Source: Candidatus Multivoradales bacterium
GTDB taxonomy: Bacteria; Acidobacteriota; Thermoanaerobaculia; Multivoradales; J023
Assembly (NCBI GenBank): GCA_965248925.1
Contig: CBDFLE010000006.1
Location: 4,000,001 to 4,064,000, forward strand
Direction of reading: 5' to 3'
DNA length: 64,000 nt
The position numbers were made by a program, and so were the translations under genes. The notes under the pieces are model-generated. The model was not told the origin of the DNA and did no database searches. It saw only the letters and a program-made list of their open reading frames with translations. Shown one piece after another: positions 18,008 to 28,003 of this stretch (the first letter of the stretch is position 1; every line of letters begins with the position of its first letter).

Positions 18008-21000
18008 CTTGGAAGTCTCTCAAGTTTCTTGAAGTGCCTGGCAAGTTCTGCTGTAGCTTCTTCCGAAAGTCGAAGCTCGCGGGCGGTCTTCCCGCCCATT
18101 TGAGTTGTACTCTCAGTTATGAAGTTCGCAAGACGTAGTTTCTTAACAAGAGCCGCCGGGAGTTTGGCTGCGAAGAGCTGTCCGCCACTTCTGGCTTTCG
18201 AAGCCAATTCCTTGGCCCCATCTCCTACAGCCACAGAAAGCGCTCTTCCTGCCTCAACTGGTCCGTCCAGCTTTGTGAACAGAATCACAGTAGATGCACC
18301 CGAACCTCCTGTAGTCAAATCGTCGGCAAATTCTGCGACAATAGCTGCAGCTGAGAGTTGGACGGATGGGTTGAGATAAACTGTAAGCGCTGCCTCTGCC
18401 AGATACGGTCCCGCAGTAGCTCCAGCGATAACGAACCCGGCTGCCACGAGCGCCCCCGTACCTCGAGCATTGATATTCTCGATGTACTGCTCTTGTGTGA
18501 TTTCTCCCTTCAGCATGCGCTGGATATCTTGTTCGAGCATTAGAGCTGCGCGGCTCTCCCGACCATCTGAGTCGATCTCGTTGATCGGATTGTTGGCCCC
18601 GTAGGTGTAGCGATTCCAACTTCCTGGTGCGCTGACCTTGGCGGACTTCGCCGGATCGACACTCAAGAACCGCCCCACTACCGGGCTGCAATGCCGAGCA
18701 TGCATGTAGTCCAGCTCGCTCCTCACCCCGGTGCCGGTCTTGTCCCGCTCATGACCGGTGAATTTCAGCTGAATCTCATCAGCCCCCGCGCTGGTCGCTT
18801 CCTGACCAAACGGGTAATAGTTGTGCAACGCCACCTGCTGACCACCGCGAGTGATCTGCCGGGGTGTGCCCAGGTGATCAAGATGGAGATGCGACGTCAT
18901 CTCGCCACCGCTACCCTCGGGCTCGATGGTGGCTAGCGGCTGCCCGCCGCGATGGACGTAGTCTCGACTCCAGCTGAAGGCGCCGCCAGCTGGCTGATCG
19001 TAGACCCGCAGGACCTCATTGCCGAGCCCGCGCAGGGTCCAGGTGAGGCTGGCGGGCTGGGTGGTGCAAGTGCTGGTGGCGCCGGGGCCGAAGCAGTCGA
19101 AGGTGAGGATCCGCTCGTCCTCTGCGTTGTAGATGAAGACCCGCGCTTGGTCGGTGTTTGAGCGCAGGTGCTTCATCATGTTGGCGCCATCGAAGGCGTA
19201 GTCGAAGCTCTCGCTGCCGAGGGTGATGTCGGTCAGATTGCCGGCAGCGTCGTACTGAGCGCCTGAGAGGCCGAGGCGGTTGGTGGTGGTGCTGGGGTTG
19301 AGGTTGAGAGCCACGAAACCGGGTGTCGACAGCTGCTGGATGTTGCCGAAATTGTCATAAGTCGCCGTCTGGGTGAACCGGGTGGCGCCGACGGAGGTTT
19401 GGCCGGAGCGTAATCGGCCGAGGCGGTCATAACGGTAGTCCAGGTTGCCGATGGCCGAGATATTGCCGGCTCCGTCGTAGGAGAAGTTGCCGCTGTTCCA
19501 GCCCGCGGAGGTGGTCAGCTGGTGCGGCCGGGCGAGGCCGTTGGAGCTGCTGACTTCCTGGGTGTCGACCACACCATCGCCGTGGGTGAGCTGGTGCAGC
19601 ATGCCACCGCTCTGGTAGGTGAGGTTGTTGGCGAAGCCGGGCACGGACCTGAGCATACCCTTCTCGTAGTTGAAATTCACCGTGCGCTGTGGATCGTTGG
19701 TGGCGCAGCCGCCGTCGGCGTGCTGACAGCTGGGGTAATCGAGCTGTGACAGATTGCCCTGGGTGTCGAAGGCGAAGCCGGTGGTGAAGGCGTAGTTGCC
19801 GGCGAAGAACTGGTAGCGAGTCTGCTTCTCCGACATCAGCCCCTGGCGACCGGTGTAGCGGAAGCTCTCGGAGAGCTTGACGTCGAGGGAGCCGGGCTCG
19901 GGGGCCAGGGGGCTCTGAATGTCGACCCAGTTGTGGCGCACGGTCTGCACCAGCTTGCCGGCCCGGTGGTCGCTGCCAGAGTTGGCGCGGGCGTAGCGGA
20001 ACTGCTTCTGCAAGCGCGGGGTGCTCCCCGCGCCATTGCTCGATTCGAGGACGCGGATCAACCGGCCGGCGGCGTCGAAATCGAAGCTCAGATCGAAGGC
20101 GGTACTGCCGATCAGATCTTTGGAGGTGGCGTTGCCGCCCGCGTCATAGCGGTAATCGATGCGGCCATTGCCCGAGGGGCCGATCTCGGGATGGGTCTCG
20201 GAGAGTAGGAAGCCGCGACCGTAATAGCTGAACAAGCGGGTCTGGCCGCAGGTCGAGCCGGCGAGGTTCTGGCACACTTTGGTCAGTCTGCCACCATCGT
20301 CATATGAGTAGCGAGTCAGCAGACCGCCACCGCCACAGCTCCCTGACCAGGGGGCGGAACTGCCCTCGCAGACCTCGGCCAGACGGCCCTGGCCGTCCAT
20401 GATCTCGGTGACGTGGGTGTCTTGCTGGCCACTGGTCAGCTGCACTTTGAAGCGCCGGGTCTGCACCCGGTCGCCTTGGTAGGTGAAGAAGGTCGCCGGC
20501 TGTTCTGGCGGCTTGACCCGGCCGGGGCGGCCGAAGCGATCGTAGGCGATGTAGGTCGTGCGCCGGCTCTCGCCGGCCGCGGAGGCGGTGGTCCACACCG
20601 ACTCGTCCGTCTTCCAGTGACGGGGGTTCCAGGTTGTGTAGCGATGCCAGAGCTCGGTCTGGCCAGCGTTGGCGACGGGGATGCGCACGGTCTGTTGCAG
20701 CCGCCGGCCGAGGCCGTCGTAGCGGTGCTCGCGGAAGCTCATCAGGTCGGTGCCGCTGCAGGAGGTCTGGAAGGGCTGGCACTGTTGCTCGGTGAGCTTG
20801 GGGGCAAGACCGGGGTTGGCGGTGGTGGGCAGGGTGTAGGTCCACTGGGTCCAGCCCAGCTCGGCCGGGCGCTGGCCGGTCAAGCGGCCTAGGCGATCGT
20901 AGGTAAAGCTGGTGCCCAGGCCCGCTGCGTCGCGGCTGGTGGCCACCAGGCCGGTGTCTGAGTCGATGTCGTAGTCGGCCAGGGTGAGGATCGCGGTGCC

Positions 21001-23052
21001 GGTGCAGTCCACCGCCGTCGACTTGCGCAGGCTGCCACTGGCGTAGACGTGGTCGGTGCGGTAGGTCGGGCCGGACAAGCTGAGGCTGCACAAGGAGCCG
21101 GTGCCGAGGTTCTGGGTGTCGCCGCCATAGACCCGCTGGCGGGTGACGAAGCCGTTGCTCGAGGTGAGGAGGCTCACCACGTCGCGGCTCTGGCGATTGC
21201 TACCGGCCAGCTGGCGGCGGCGTTCGAGGAAGCCGGTGGTGCTGTTGAAGCAGAACTCCGCTTTCTCGGTGGTCCCGCCTTCGCTCACCGACTGCTCGTC
21301 CCAGGTCTCCAAGATCCAGCGTGCGTTGTGGCTTGGCAGCACGAAATCGGTTGCCGGATCGATCGAGCTGTCGTCGGGGTTGGCGATGATGTAGGTGCCG
21401 CTGTTGGCGTTGTAGGTGGTGCTGCTGGTGCGCACGTCGGCGGCGCCGAAGCTGCCGCCGGTGGTCATGGTGCGGAAGTGGCCCAGGCCATCGAAGTCCG
21501 AGAAGGTGACTTCGCGGAACTTGCCGCCGTCGTCGTGGAAGGTCTCCTTGCGGTAGCGCAAGCGGTGGGCCTTCTCGTTGTAGTTGCCGGCGTCGCGGCC
21601 ATCGCTGTCGAACTCAACGAAGATCGAGCGGAGCTTGGTTCCGCCAGCGTTGAAGAGTTCTTGGGAAAGGAAGGGGCCGGCTTCTGAGAAGCTGCCACTG
21701 ATGGGATCGCAGTAGGTGTAGGGCAGGCCGTAGGACCAGCGATTGTTGGCGCCGACGGTGGAGAAATAGCTCACCGTTTCGAAGCCCAGCGGATCAGTCA
21801 CTTTCATCGAGTGGAAGCAGGGGTGGCCCAGCGGATCGCCGGGGGCTTGCGGGTTTGCGGTGTCGTAGCTGTAGTTCCAGGTGGCGTAGGGGGTGGTGTC
21901 GCCGTCGTCGAGGAAGAGATGTTTGCTCTTGACTCCCCGCGCCACCGTGCCCCAGTCAGGAGCATGGAAGAGGTCGGCCAGCTGGGTTTGGAAGGGGAAG
22001 AGCTGGTAGTCGTAGCCGTAGGCGCCGCCGGTGGGCAGGCGTAGCTTTGACAAGCCGCCCGAGAGCAGGTTGTCGACGGTCAGGTAGTCCATCTCGTAGA
22101 ACGAACCATCGGGCAGCACCACCCTGTCGAGCACCTGGGTATTGAGGGTGTGTTCGGCTATCGGCACGCCGCCGGGACGGAAGCCGAACTGCCGTTCGAG
22201 GGTCTCGGTGCGGTACTGAAAGAGGAAGGTCGAGTTGCTTTGGCTGCCGAAGGCTTCGAGCCTCACCGTAGCGACTCTGCCACCGACAAAATCCACCGTG
22301 TGAGTGCGCCCTTGGCTGTCGGTCAATGTCCAGTCGCCATCGTTGGCATAGCGCACATTGATCCAATTGCCGAAGCGATCCTCCATCCGCGTCAGGCGCC
22401 AGAGATCGCCGACTGAGGCGTAGTTATGGAACTCATGCAGCTCGCCGCCAGAAAATTCTACCGTGTAGCAGCTCTGATCGACAAAGGTGCCAGACGGCAG
22501 CTCGCACACCCCCGGATTGCGCTTGCGTAGACGGAGGTACGTGCTGTCGTTGGTGAACCAGGTGCTGGGCTGCGGTGTCGCCGGGAAGCCGCCGGGATGC
22601 AGCTCGGTATAAAACCTGTGCTCGCCGCCACTTGGATCGACGTAAATCTCAGGCGTTGTCGTCGGACTGTTACGTGGCGCGATCAGCTCTCCGAGGCTGA
22701 CTCTCCAGCCGAAGCCGGCCTGCGTCTTGAGATCCTGGATCGGCAGGCTGTAGGTACGCAGCGCGAAGGGTGGATTGATGTCTTGACATTGGTGATTCTC
22801 ATCGTACTCCCAGCCACCGGAGCTGTACGAGGCGGTCAGGCTGAAGCTCAGCGACGGGCCGACGGGGTAGGTGATGCCGATCGGCAGAGATACCGTTAGG
22901 CTGCCGTTGAAAAGATTTATCTGATCCAGGTCGCCGATTTGGTAGGCAGTGTCGGCGGTCACTCCGCGCTGATGGCTTGGGGGGAGTTGTGCGGTCAGCG
23001 GCAGGGCGATGCAGAGGCCGAGAAGGATGAGGCTGAGAGGTCTAATTCGCAT
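18004..23052 (-). CDS. RHS/YD-repeat polymorphic toxin with Sec signal peptide
   Basis: Signal peptide ending PLTA|Q; YD repeats; core HLDHLGTPR, YYPFG, KFTGHERD, GRFLSVDP, NRYTY..NPINEIDSDG; variable C-terminus of about 185 aa. Confidence 0.93.
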   Translation of the reverse strand: MRIRPLSLILLGLCIALPLTAQLPPSHQRGVTADTAYQIGDLDQINLFNGSLTVSLPIGITYPVGPSLSFSLTASYSSGGWEYDENHQCQDINPPFALRTYSLPIQDLKTQAGFGWRVSLGELIAPRNSPTTTPEIYVDPSGGEHRFYTELHPGGFPATPQPSTWFTNDSTYLRLRKRNPGVCELPSGTFVDQSCYTVEFSGGELHEFHNYASVGDLWRLTRMEDRFGNWINVRYANDGDWTLTDSQGRTHTVDFVGGRVATVRLEAFGSQSNSTFLFQYRTETLERQFGFRPGGVPIAEHTLNTQVLDRVVLPDGSFYEMDYLTVDNLLSGGLSKLRLPTGGAYGYDYQLFPFQTQLADLFHAPDWGTVARGVKSKHLFLDDGDTTPYATWNYSYDTANPQAPGDPLGHPCFHSMKVTDPLGFETVSYFSTVGANNRWSYGLPYTYCDPISGSFSEAGPFLSQELFNAGGTKLRSIFVEFDSDGRDAGNYNEKAHRLRYRKETFHDDGGKFREVTFSDFDGLGHFRTMTTGGSFGAADVRTSSTTYNANSGTYIIANPDDSSIDPATDFVLPSHNARWILETWDEQSVSEGGTTEKAEFCFNSTTGFLERRRQLAGSNRQSRDVVSLLTSSNGFVTRQRVYGGDTQNLGTGSLCSLSLSGPTYRTDHVYASGSLRKSTAVDCTGTAILTLADYDIDSDTGLVATSRDAAGLGTSFTYDRLGRLTGQRPAELGWTQWTYTLPTTANPGLAPKLTEQQCQPFQTSCSGTDLMSFREHRYDGLGRRLQQTVRIPVANAGQTELWHRYTTWNPRHWKTDESVWTTASAAGESRRTTYIAYDRFGRPGRVKPPEQPATFFTYQGDRVQTRRFKVQLTSGQQDTHVTEIMDGQGRLAEVCEGSSAPWSGSCGGGGLLTRYSYDDGGRLTKVCQNLAGSTCGQTRLFSYYGRGFLLSETHPEIGPSGNGRIDYRYDAGGNATSKDLIGSTAFDLSFDFDAAGRLIRVLESSNGAGSTPRLQKQFRYARANSGSDHRAGKLVQTVRHNWVDIQSPLAPEPGSLDVKLSESFRYTGRQGLMSEKQTRYQFFAGNYAFTTGFAFDTQGNLSQLDYPSCQHADGGCATNDPQRTVNFNYEKGMLRSVPGFANNLTYQSGGMLHQLTHGDGVVDTQEVSSSNGLARPHQLTTSAGWNSGNFSYDGAGNISAIGNLDYRYDRLGRLRSGQTSVGATRFTQTATYDNFGNIQQLSTPGFVALNLNPSTTTNRLGLSGAQYDAAGNLTDITLGSESFDYAFDGANMMKHLRSNTDQARVFIYNAEDERILTFDCFGPGATSTCTTQPASLTWTLRGLGNEVLRVYDQPAGGAFSWSRDYVHRGGQPLATIEPEGSGGEMTSHLHLDHLGTPRQITRGGQQVALHNYYPFGQEATSAGADEIQLKFTGHERDKTGTGVRSELDYMHARHCSPVVGRFLSVDPAKSAKVSAPGSWNRYTYGANNPINEIDSDGRESRAALMLEQDIQRMLKGEITQEQYIENINARGTGALVAAGFVIAGATAGPYLAEAALTVYLNPSVQLSAAAIVAEFADDLTTGGSGASTVILFTKLDGPVEAGRALSVAVGDGAKELASKARSGGQLFAAKLPAALVKKLRLANFITESTTQMGGKTARELRLSEEATAELARHFKKLERLPR

Positions 23053-23064
23053 GATTGTTCTCCC

Positions 23065-23490
23065 CTAGCAGCTGGCGCTGGCGCAAGTTTCGGTCCACTG
23101 CGAGCTATTCCCGGTCTCGAAGCCGTCGGCAAATAAGGGTCCGTTCGGGGTCACCTCGATAGTGGCCGTGGCTACATTCTGCGACTCATCTTCGATTCGG
23201 TAGGTCACCGTGCAAGCCGTTCGCACCGCCGGGGTCGGGGTCAGCCGGACGACGTCAAAAAGCACCTCGAAGGTCAGTGGACAAGTGGTCGAGAGGACCG
23301 TCAGGCTGAGGGCCTCGCCGTCGGGCTCTTGGTCATTGGCCAGCACGTCGATCAGCACTGGAGTGGCGGCGAGCAGCACTTCGTCGTCGATGGCGATCGG
23401 ATTGTTGTCGCATTGAGCCAGGAGTGGGGCCGTGGCCAGGCAGGTCAGGAGCAGGAGGGGGGTAGTACTCAAGCGGACTCTTCGGCGCAT
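23065..23490 (-). CDS. Small secreted Ig/cadherin-like protein with C-terminal LFADGFETG tail
   Basis: Signal peptide ending LLA|Q; PIAIDD..IDVLAND.EPDGE.L..TYRIED..ATIEV; ends 12 bp upstream of the Rhs start. Confidence 0.8.
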   Translation of the reverse strand: MRRRVRLSTTPLLLLTCLATAPLLAQCDNNPIAIDDEVLLAATPVLIDVLANDQEPDGEALSLTVLSTTCPLTFEVLFDVVRLTPTPAVRTACTVTYRIEDESQNVATATIEVTPNGPLFADGFETGNSSQWTETCASASC

Positions 23491-23787
23491 CTCTTTACCC
23501 TCGGTTAGTTAGGTTGCGTATTTGTTTAGACTTTTCTGCCCGATGATTGGTTCCATGGCTCACCAAGAATCTTGGGCAGCAAGCTCTAGCACTGACTTTC
23601 ACTACTATTAGGCGTGTTGGAGGCTCAAACGTTACAAGGTTTTGTTTTGTTGTTTTTTCTGCGTGCTAGGCGTATGGCCTCGATGAACAGAAGAGCCGGT
23701 ACCAGCCTCAAGAAGTGTCGGGCATTTGCGTTGGGCGGGACGCGCTTCTCGCTACTGCCACTGCACAGTCCTTCTGCCTCGCCACTC

Positions 23788-26700
23788 TCAGCCTTGCGGC
23801 AGCTGAATGGCGACCACTTCTTGCTCTCTGGCTAGTCGGTTGATGGCGGGAAGTTCCTGCTCCCAGATCAGCCGCAGCTTGGTGAGTTCACCGTCGATTG
23901 CCGTGATCAACTGGTCGCGAACCCGCAGCATCGAAGCGGTCGGCGGGTGGTCGCCGAGGTCGGCCAGGCTCATCAGGCCGGCGAGCTTATCGTTCAGGCG
24001 GATGGGAAAGTTCAACGGGTCTTGGGGGCTCTTGTTCTGGGTTTGGTAGAGCGCTTTTTCGATCTCGCCGAGCTGTTTGCTCAGAGTCTCGATTTGGGTC
24101 CGGAGTGTCTTGGATTGCGAGTCGCTGTCTTGGCTGGCCTCATCGCTGGGTTCTGATGGTAGGCGTTCGAGAAGCTTCCCAAGTTGGTCGCGAACTTGCC
24201 GAAGGCGGCGGATCTCTCGGTGGGTCTCGCTGAGTTTGTTGCGTAGGCTGATCAGCAAGGCGTGCTGAGCCCGGTAGTCCTCGGCCGTGGCCGACGCGCG
24301 CGGGTCGGCGCGGACCTCGAAGGTCACTTCGGCGGTATTGCCAGCGGCACTGAGACGAGCGCGGTAGGTACCGGGAGTAGCCTTGGGGCCGGCTAGCTGG
24401 CCGTTCCACAGCACCAGCTTCGGCAAGGTCTCGGCTGAGCCGTAACGCAGATTCCAAGCGAAGCGGTTGAGCCCCGGCTCGATCTCCAACTGGTGTGGGT
24501 CGTCAGCAGGCTCGACTTCGTCCTCTTTGTTTTCTTTACCCTTGTCCTTCTCATCCGGGTCTTGCTTGGGGGCGAAGCTGCGGATCAGCGTGCCGTCTGA
24601 TTCAAGAACCTCCAGCAGCAGATCGTCGGCTTGGGCTAGCTCATCGTTGAGCAGAAAGTAGAACAAGACGCCGTCTGGTGGGTTGAGGCCCGCACCGGCC
24701 ACTTCCCTGCGGCCCCCGGGCAGTCGCCAAGTGGGTCGGGGCTTTAGCAGATGCAGGGGTTTGGCGGCGAGTTCGACGTCTAATTGGTGCAAGGGCGATA
24801 GGTCGTCGAGAATCCAGAAGCCCCGTCCCTGGGTGGCGGCCACCAGATCGCCGCCCTTGACCGCCAGGTCGGTGATCGGCACCACCGGCAATTCGAGCTG
24901 CAAGGTCTGCCAGTGGGCGCCGTCGTCGAACGAAACGTAAATGCCCAGCTCAGTGCCGGCGTAGAGCAGACCGCGGCGGGCCGGATCGGCGCGGATCACG
25001 CGGGTGAAGTGCTGTGGCTCGATACCGTCGGTGATCCGCCTCCAGCTTTTGCCGTAGTCGGTGGTGCGGTAAAGCAGAGGTTCGAAGTCGTCGAGCTTGT
25101 AGCGCGTTGCCGCCAGGTAGAGGCCGCCTGGCTCGAAGGGGTGAGGGTCGAGGGAGTTGATCATCGTCCACTCGCCCAGGCCTTGGGGAGTGACGTTGTT
25201 CCAGGTCTGGCCCCGGTCGCGGGAGATCTGCACCAAGCCGTCGTCCGAGCCGGTCCACAGCACCCCGGGCTCATGCGGCGACTCAACGGCGGCAAAAATG
25301 GTGCCGTAGTACTCGATGCTGGTGTTGTCCTGGGTGATCGGCCCGCCCGAGGAGCCCATCTTGGTCGAGTCATTGCGGGTCAGATCGGGGCTGATGTCCT
25401 GCCAGCTGCGGCCGCCGTCGCCACTGCGGTGGAGCACGTTCGAGGCGGCGTAGAGGATCTCGGGGTCGTGCGGGGAGAAGAAGATGGGGAAGTTCCACTG
25501 GAAGCGATAGGCCAACTCAGCGGCTCCCCAACCCATTGGGTTGTCGGGCCAGACATTGACCGCTTGGCGCTGGCCGGTACGGTGGTCAAATCGGGTCAAG
25601 AAGCCGCCGTAAGAGCCGCCGTAGACGATGTCGGGATCGTCGGGCTTGGCGACGATGTGGCCGCTTTCCCCGCCCGAGGTGGGTTCCCAATCCCGCTTGC
25701 CGATGGCGCTGCCCCAAGCGGAGCGTGACCGGATGCGCAAGGCCGAGTTGTCCTGTTGGCCACCTAGCAGGCGGTAGGGGAAGTCGCTGTCTACCGACAC
25801 GCGGTAGATCTGCGCGGTCGGTTGATTGTCCTGTCGCGACCAGGTGTTGCCGCCGTCAGAGCTGATGGCGGCGCCGCCGTCGTTGGCCTCGATCATCCGC
25901 AGCGGGTCCCGCGGGTCGATCCACAAGTCGTGGTTGTCGCCGTGCGGGGTCGCAACTTGTGCGAAGGTCTTGCCGCCGTCCTTTGAGCGCTGCAGGCGGA
26001 CGTTCAGCACCCACAGAGATTCTTCATCCGCCGGGTCGGCGTAGAGCCGGGTGTAGTACCAGGCACGCTGGCGCAGCTTGCGATCCTGGTTGGTGCGCTC
26101 CCAGGTTTCGCCGCCGTCCTTGGAGCGGAAGACGCCGCCTTCTTTGGCTTCGATCAGGGCGTAGAGATTCTCCGGGTTGCTTGGCGAGACCGTGACGGCG
26201 TTGATGCCGAGGGGGCCGCTGGGTAGGCCGGGATTGTCGGTGAGCTCGTCCCAGCTATCGCCGCCGTCGGTCGACTTCCACATCCCCGAGCCCTCGCCGC
26301 CGCTGGCCAAGCTCCAGGGGGTGCGCTGCACCTGCCAGAAGCTGGCGTAGAGCACTCGTGGATTGGTCGGATCCATGGTCAGCTCGACCGCTCCGGCTCG
26401 ATCGGAGACGTAGAGCACTTTCTCCCAGGTCTCACCGCCGTCTTGCGAGCGAAAAATCCCGCGCATCTCGTTCGGGCCGAACAGATGGCCGAGCACCGCG
26501 GCGTAAACCAGATCCGGATTGCGCGGGTGGATGCGCAGGCGGGGAATGCGCCGCGAGTCGTCGAGCCCGACATGGTGCCAGGTCTTGCCGGCATCCTTGG
26601 ACTTCCACACCCCGAGACCGTGCGACACATTGCCGCGGACGGTCTTCTCGCCACCGCCGACGTAGATCACGTTGGGATCCCACTCGGAGACCGCCACGGC

Positions 26701-26991
26701 GCCGATCGAACCACCGAAGAAGCCGTCCGAAACGTTGTTCCACGTCAGGCCGCTGTCGGTGGTCTTCCACACCCCGCCACCGGCGGCGCCGAAATAGTAG
26801 ACCTCGGGCTGGGCCGCAATCCCGGTCACCGCCGCCGAGCGTCCACCGCGGAAGGGGCCGACGTGACGCCACTCCAGCGCTTGCAGGGCCGCCTCGTCGA
26901 GCCCCGAATCGGCGGCGCCAAGGGCTCTGGTCGGCGGCAGCAGGGCGAGCACAAGGGTCACTGCGGCGGTGAGCAAGACACGTAAGGCCAT
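23788..26991 (-). CDS. Secreted VPS10/BNR-repeat (glycosyl hydrolase-like) beta-propeller protein
   Basis: WRHVGPFRGGRS, repeated S.DGG.TW Asp-boxes, HGDNHDLWIDP, GGQQDN; GAGGAG before ATG 26991. Confidence 0.9.
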   Translation of the reverse strand: MALRVLLTAAVTLVLALLPPTRALGAADSGLDEAALQALEWRHVGPFRGGRSAAVTGIAAQPEVYYFGAAGGGVWKTTDSGLTWNNVSDGFFGGSIGAVAVSEWDPNVIYVGGGEKTVRGNVSHGLGVWKSKDAGKTWHHVGLDDSRRIPRLRIHPRNPDLVYAAVLGHLFGPNEMRGIFRSQDGGETWEKVLYVSDRAGAVELTMDPTNPRVLYASFWQVQRTPWSLASGGEGSGMWKSTDGGDSWDELTDNPGLPSGPLGINAVTVSPSNPENLYALIEAKEGGVFRSKDGGETWERTNQDRKLRQRAWYYTRLYADPADEESLWVLNVRLQRSKDGGKTFAQVATPHGDNHDLWIDPRDPLRMIEANDGGAAISSDGGNTWSRQDNQPTAQIYRVSVDSDFPYRLLGGQQDNSALRIRSRSAWGSAIGKRDWEPTSGGESGHIVAKPDDPDIVYGGSYGGFLTRFDHRTGQRQAVNVWPDNPMGWGAAELAYRFQWNFPIFFSPHDPEILYAASNVLHRSGDGGRSWQDISPDLTRNDSTKMGSSGGPITQDNTSIEYYGTIFAAVESPHEPGVLWTGSDDGLVQISRDRGQTWNNVTPQGLGEWTMINSLDPHPFEPGGLYLAATRYKLDDFEPLLYRTTDYGKSWRRITDGIEPQHFTRVIRADPARRGLLYAGTELGIYVSFDDGAHWQTLQLELPVVPITDLAVKGGDLVAATQGRGFWILDDLSPLHQLDVELAAKPLHLLKPRPTWRLPGGRREVAGAGLNPPDGVLFYFLLNDELAQADDLLLEVLESDGTLIRSFAPKQDPDEKDKGKENKEDEVEPADDPHQLEIEPGLNRFAWNLRYGSAETLPKLVLWNGQLAGPKATPGTYRARLSAAGNTAEVTFEVRADPRASATAEDYRAQHALLISLRNKLSETHREIRRLRQVRDQLGKLLERLPSEPSDEASQDSDSQSKTLRTQIETLSKQLGEIEKALYQTQNKSPQDPLNFPIRLNDKLAGLMSLADLGDHPPTASMLRVRDQLITAIDGELTKLRLIWEQELPAINRLAREQEVVAIQLPQG

Positions 26992-27118
26992 GTGGAGGCT
27001 CCTCAAGGGTAGCGGCGGGAGATTTGACCAGGATCGGCAGGCCAGTCTACCCGAGGTAGCGAGCCGGCTCTTGGTTGCCTCGTTTGACTTCCATCAGCGG
27101 GCACCATACTTTTCTGCA

Positions 27119-27736
27119 ATGAACAATCAAGAGGCGAATGCTAGCGATAAGCAGACCACCGATGCCGCGCTGGAGGCGCTGGGCAACACGTTCCTCAGCG
27201 AGTCACTTGGCGAACTACGGCGGTTGGAGGGGCTTGCCCAAACCGCTTTGCGCCAGGTCGATCAAGAGGGCTTCTTCGTCGACGCCGCCAGTGGCAGCTG
27301 TCTGGCGGTGACGGTAAAGCACCTGGCGGGCAGCACCCGCTCGCGCTGGACGGATTTTCTGACCAGCGACGGCGAAAAGGCCGACCGCAACCGAGACGGC
27401 GAATTCGTGATCGGCCGCGAGGACTCCCGTGCCAGCCTGATGGTTGGTTGGCAGGAGGCTTGGGCACGGTGTTTCGGCGCTATCGAAGAGCTTGGCGCGG
27501 GAGATCTGCTGCGCACCACCACCATCCGCCAGGAGCCGCACTCGGTGCTCGGCGCTATCCAGCGGCAGCTTGGGCACGCGGCTTATCACGTTGGCCAGAT
27601 CGTCCAGCTGGCCAAGGCTCAAGTGGGCGAAGGCTGGCAGACGATGAGTATTCCGCGCGGCGGTTCCGAAGCCTTCAATGCCAAGATGCGGGAACGCTTC
27701 GCGGGCGATAAGGCAGATCCTCCAGGCCAACTCTGA
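27119..27736 (+). CDS. DUF1572/DinB-superfamily protein
   Basis: VKHLAG..SRWTDFLTSDGEK..RNRDGEF, HAAYHVGQIV, WQTMSIPRG. Confidence 0.85.
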   Translation: MNNQEANASDKQTTDAALEALGNTFLSESLGELRRLEGLAQTALRQVDQEGFFVDAASGSCLAVTVKHLAGSTRSRWTDFLTSDGEKADRNRDGEFVIGREDSRASLMVGWQEAWARCFGAIEELGAGDLLRTTTIRQEPHSVLGAIQRQLGHAAYHVGQIVQLAKAQVGEGWQTMSIPRGGSEAFNAKMRERFAGDKADPPGQL

Positions 27737-27743
27737 CGACGGA

Positions 27744-27772
27744 TTGACTTAGTTTATCTAATAGACTAAGTT
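27744..27772 (+). promoter_or_regulatory. TA promoter with overlapping operator palindrome
   Basis: TTGACT-17 nt-TAAGTT; inverted repeat ACTTAGTTTAT-CTA-ATAGACTAAGT (10/11). Confidence 0.65.
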
Positions 27773-27778
27773 GCTAGA

Positions 27779-28003
27779 ATGAAGACGGTCAACATCCACC
27801 AAGCCAAGACCCATCTATCCCGTCTCTTGGAGCGAGTTCGCGCTGGCGAGCAGATCATCATTGCCAAGAACGGTAAGCCCTGCGCGCGTCTTTGCGCGCT
27901 CGAGCAGCCGCCACGGAGACAACCCGGATTGCTGGCGGGGAAGGTTGGTAAGGAGTTCTTTGAGCCTTTACCGAAAGCGGAACTCGCGGCTTGGGAATCG
28001 TGA
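27779..28003 (+). CDS. Phd/YefM-family antitoxin
   Basis: MKTVNIHQAKTHLSRLLERVRAGEQIIIAKNGKPCARL..RQPG. Confidence 0.92.
   Translation: MKTVNIHQAKTHLSRLLERVRAGEQIIIAKNGKPCARLCALEQPPRRQPGLLAGKVGKEFFEPLPKAELAAWES

Noticed and set aside
18004-23052. Type VI secretion effector
   Set aside because: No PAAR, VgrG or chaperone gene; a Sec signal peptide is present.
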